A stretch of DNA of 64,000 bases from Octopus sinensis (taxonomy: Eukaryota), in the NCBI RefSeq assembly GCF_006345805.1, contig NC_043003.1, positions 97,836,001-97,900,000 of the forward strand, written 5' to 3'. The notes beneath the pieces are model-generated. The model had not been told where the DNA came from and searched no databases. It saw only the letters and a program-made list of their open reading frames with translations. Of the stretch, positions 63,726 through 64,000 are shown in pieces; positions within the stretch are counted from its first letter, which is position 1, and the number at the start of each line of letters is the position of its first letter. Position numbers and translations under genes: made by a program.

Positions 63726-64000
63726 TTCACCAACTGGACTGGTTGACCCTGGCTGTTGACAGCTTGTCTGTTCATCCACTCAACATTTAATGACTCAATA
63801 AGTTCATTTACCAAAATAGTTGACATCCACCGTGCTGCATCCTATGATTTCAACGTGCTCTGTCTTAGATGGTTACATGCTATTTAATTCATAGCTGGGA
63901 CCCTGACACACGCTACTGCTCCGGGTCAGAGTGATCTGGGAATGATAGTGGCTAAATGGTAGTTCCACATTTCTCAAAATTCAGGAATTTCTGAACCAGC

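Overview
A 64-kb, AT-rich, repeat-saturated stretch of animal DNA, intergenic or deep intronic. The SINE families and very dense TA/ATAC/TATC/AAT microsatellites look to me like Octopus (recognition from memory, not a database hit). I cannot support any intact host protein-coding gene; almost all ORF-track entries are microsatellite translations or transposon relics. The best-supported object is a young, near full-length Neptune-clade Penelope-like retroelement at 2571-7311. Its RT + C-terminal GIY-YIG frame (3150-6197) is broken only by one TAG at a conserved Trp, it carries two large in-frame Asn-rich insertions, and its 5' repeat is partly inverted so that a complete type I hammerhead ribozyme lies on both strands. 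A second hammerhead-bearing Penelope-like remnant sits immediately upstream, and three short remnants carry minimal hammerheads with non-canonical cores; nearly all abut (TA)n tracts. Seven R4/Dong-clade RLE retrotransposon pieces all sit in (TAA)n tracts, four of them stacked co-oriented at 8.2-12.0 kb. The rest is degraded L1/Tx1, RTE, CR1, Hero, Tc1, maT-like, pogo-like, hAT and Helitron elements, about 35 tRNA-derived SINE copies in four families, a tRNA-Arg/SINE-tail chimera, and several palindromes and minisatellites. Element boundaries are read by eye; those not fixed by a TSD or TIR are approximate.
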